Below, piece by piece: positions 61,786 to 64,000 of a DNA stretch of 64,000 nucleotides; within the stretch, counting starts at the first letter, position 1; each line of letters begins with the position of its first letter. The position numbers and the translations under genes are program-made. Source of the stretch: an uncultured bacterium (GTDB lineage Bacteria > Chloroflexota > UBA5177 > JANWHV01). A model generated the notes under the pieces. That model was given only the letters and a program-made list of their open reading frames with translations, was not told the DNA's origin and ran no database searches. Location of the stretch: assembly GCA_963827235.1 (NCBI GenBank), contig CAWHAE010000016.1, positions 192,001-256,000 of the forward strand, in the 5' to 3' direction.

Positions 61786-62467
61786 GTGCGTTTTCCTTTC
61801 ACTTGGCCTGGGTGAACAGCTCGATGAGCAAGGCCGGCGTGCTACCAGCATGCCGGACGCCTGCCGCGAACGCAATCCCGCGGTTAAGGCCGGGTCTGGA
61901 GTTGCGGATCGCCAACTGCATTCGTTCGTCGGCGCGCATTTGCACATGGTCTGTGCCGTCTGACGATTCCCAGTGCAACCTGGCTTGACCATTTTCGCTC
62001 GCCTACGGGTTTCATTCTGACGCAGGCGAAGCAGCGCGATAATGAGCACCGCTGACGCTGCAGCCGTACTCCCGTCGCCACGGGAGCATACGCATTATAA
62101 GCGCCTGCAATTCCTGTTGGCATGACCCATATGGAAACCAATGCCCCGTGGCGCCCGTGTGGCGGTGCGACCCTCGGCTAGTCGATTCAGGCCAAGGCCG
62201 CGGTGTGGGAATCGAAGTCGCACGGCACCACAGCCGGAGACGTTTGACCGCGACACAGAGCGTGACGAAGGATGTGTCTCAGATTCCATGACGCATGCCG
62301 GCCGCGGACAGGGCCGCTCTCCCGCGATTTGCTGCCGCGCTGGCCGTGGCTATACTATCGACGGCGCGAATCCTGCGGAACTCGTCGCTGCACCCGCGGG
62401 TGGAGCAGTTCACTGATTGAGCGTGAATCGCTATCGAGACTATGGGACAGAAGTGCGAGGGAATCCG

Positions 62468-63061
62468 GTGGGCATCTCGGCAATCACCAGCTCAAGCGAG
62501 TTACTGGCCTTGCTGCAAACACTGCAGGCCAACAGACAGTCCTCGGCGTCCGGCACCAGTGCGGAGAAGAGCTTCGAGGAGGCATTGGCCCAGCTTGCTT
62601 CGGCTGACTCAGCGGCGTCGAGCAACACAACCAGCTCGTCAAGCATCCTCGGAAGCCTCGCACAGGCACTCTCGCCAGCGGCGACCGTTTCTTCCAGCTC
62701 GAGCAGCGCCACGATGGTACCTGCCAATGCCGGGACCCTGGCTGCCACTCAGGCGGGAAGTGTCCTCGATAAGCAGCTTGATAGCGAGGCATACAGCGCG
62801 AGCAGCCCGCTCGTGGTGCACACGCAGGCCTCGCAGGACACTGCCCCCCTCCTGGGATCGCGGGAGCAAGCCGAGGCCTATCAACAGGGGTCGCTACTCT
62901 TCACGGTGACGTTGCCGAATGGCGAAACGGCCGGGTACGGCGGTGCTCATGCCAGTGCCGCGGCGTTCACGAAGGCGGCTGCCGGGCCTGGAGCCGTGCT
63001 GAAGACAGACCAGTACGGGAGCTACTACCAGGCAACGGACGGCAGCCAGTATCGGCTGTAG
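62468..63061 (+). CDS. Ser/Ala-rich hypothetical protein
   Basis: GAGGG RBS and GTG start; MGISAITSSSELLALLQTL...SFEEAL. Confidence 0.65.
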   Translation: MGISAITSSSELLALLQTLQANRQSSASGTSAEKSFEEALAQLASADSAASSNTTSSSSILGSLAQALSPAATVSSSSSSATMVPANAGTLAATQAGSVLDKQLDSEAYSASSPLVVHTQASQDTAPLLGSREQAEAYQQGSLLFTVTLPNGETAGYGGAHASAAAFTKAAAGPGAVLKTDQYGSYYQATDGSQYRL

Positions 63062-63424
63062 CTCGAATAGCGCCATCGTCGGCGTAGACGTCACCGCGGA
63101 CGGCGTTGTCGCGCTCCATCGACCCCGGCGCCTGGAGCAGCAGAGCCCGGCGTGTCTCCACGCTGATACAGCTCCGCGCTCATTGACCCTGGGCCGCCGT
63201 TCACGGAACGTCGGACGCCGGCAACGGGCTGCCGGCCGCGAACGAGGGACGGCGACCGGCATGGCTCAGCGCGCGGGTGAGGCTCGCTCCCGGTAGCCGG
63301 TCGCCGAAAGCGTATCGGTCGCGGCGGATAGCCTCAGGTACTCTGAGATGGAAATGGTTGACCACGCCGTACATCGGTGCTGGTCCAGCTTGGAGGAGGC
63401 AGCGGCGTGGCCACTATTTGCGAC

Positions 63425-64000
63425 ATGGCACGGACGAGCGGAGTGATCGCTGCAAAGGCGTTCAGGCTGCTGCGCTGGGCATTGGGCGTTCTGTCGGCCG
63501 CGGTAATCCTGGCCGGTCCGGTGCAGCAAGCCGGAGCGGCCGGCGCGGCCTGGACGATCACCTTCGCGGGGACAGGGTCGTACCAGAGCAACGCGACCTT
63601 GAAGCTCGTCAGCTCCCTCTGTACCAGCACGGATACATCCAGCACTGAGTCGAAGTTCAGCTGGCATGTGACCTGGCACAGCGTGTCCTTCGCCTCGCCT
63701 GCCGTATCGGGCAGCGTCAGCGGCTCGCTGACCGGCACTGCCCACCAGTCTGACCATCAGAAGGGCTGCGGCACCAGCCGAAGCTGCGCCAAGGCAGTCC
63801 CGTTCCAGGCCGACCAGAGCTCCGCGGCGGAGCAACCGGCTGTCTTGATCGGCAAGACGTCGGCCATCCACAAAGCGACCTACGTCCTCACCCTGGATCT
63901 AGTCGCATCGGCGGCGCAGCAGCAGCAGTGTCGAGCCAACGACCCTGATGACCACGGGTTCTTCTTTGCCGGGACCCCCAACCAGATGAACCCCGTCGCG
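63425..64000 (+). CDS. Secreted protein, runs off the window edge
   Basis: Manual translation MARTSGVIAAKAFRLLRWALGVLSAAVILAGPVQQAGAAGAAWTITFAGTGSY... stays open to 64000. Confidence 0.7.
   Translation, partial: MARTSGVIAAKAFRLLRWALGVLSAAVILAGPVQQAGAAGAAWTITFAGTGSYQSNATLKLVSSLCTSTDTSSTESKFSWHVTWHSVSFASPAVSGSVSGSLTGTAHQSDHQKGCGTSRSCAKAVPFQADQSSAAEQPAVLIGKTSAIHKATYVLTLDLVASAAQQQQCRANDPDDHGFFFAGTPNQMNPVA

Overview
High-GC bacterial window, most likely from a Chloroflexota genome (inferred from the MnmG insertion, an XRE-STAND-TPR regulator and many Ser/Thr-rich secreted proteins). It has three zones. (1) 1-16041 is intact: two membrane-protein genes, mnmG, and a divergent sugar locus (SorC-type regulator and CUT1 ABC importer on the minus strand; split transketolase, FGGY kinase, divergent nucleoside hydrolase, DUF4038/apiosidase-like protein and fucose-isomerase-family isomerase on the plus strand), followed by tRNA-Asp. 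This locus looks like an extended D-apiose/apioside utilisation system. (2) About 16050-54780 is a plasticity zone bracketed by two diverged copies of one secreted-protein gene. Intact genes (cell-wall hydrolases, InhA-like peptidase, HD-GYP protein, SagB-type nitroreductase, MerR/CMD pair, STAND regulator, PhyH dioxygenase, class III aminotransferase) are mixed with about 20 abutting gene fragments (IS transposases, resolvase, group II intron, helicase, plasmid- and phage-type proteins). (3) 54787-64000 holds a flavin disulfide reductase and large secreted surface proteins. I found no CRISPR array, rRNA, intact integrase or recognisable defence system. The best candidates for something undescribed are the apioside operon with its nucleoside hydrolase, an in-frame perfect palindrome inserted in a resolvase, the STAND regulator with phased upstream repeats, and a repeated InhA plus peptidoglycan-hydrolase pairing. 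All family assignments come from motif recognition by eye, not database searches.
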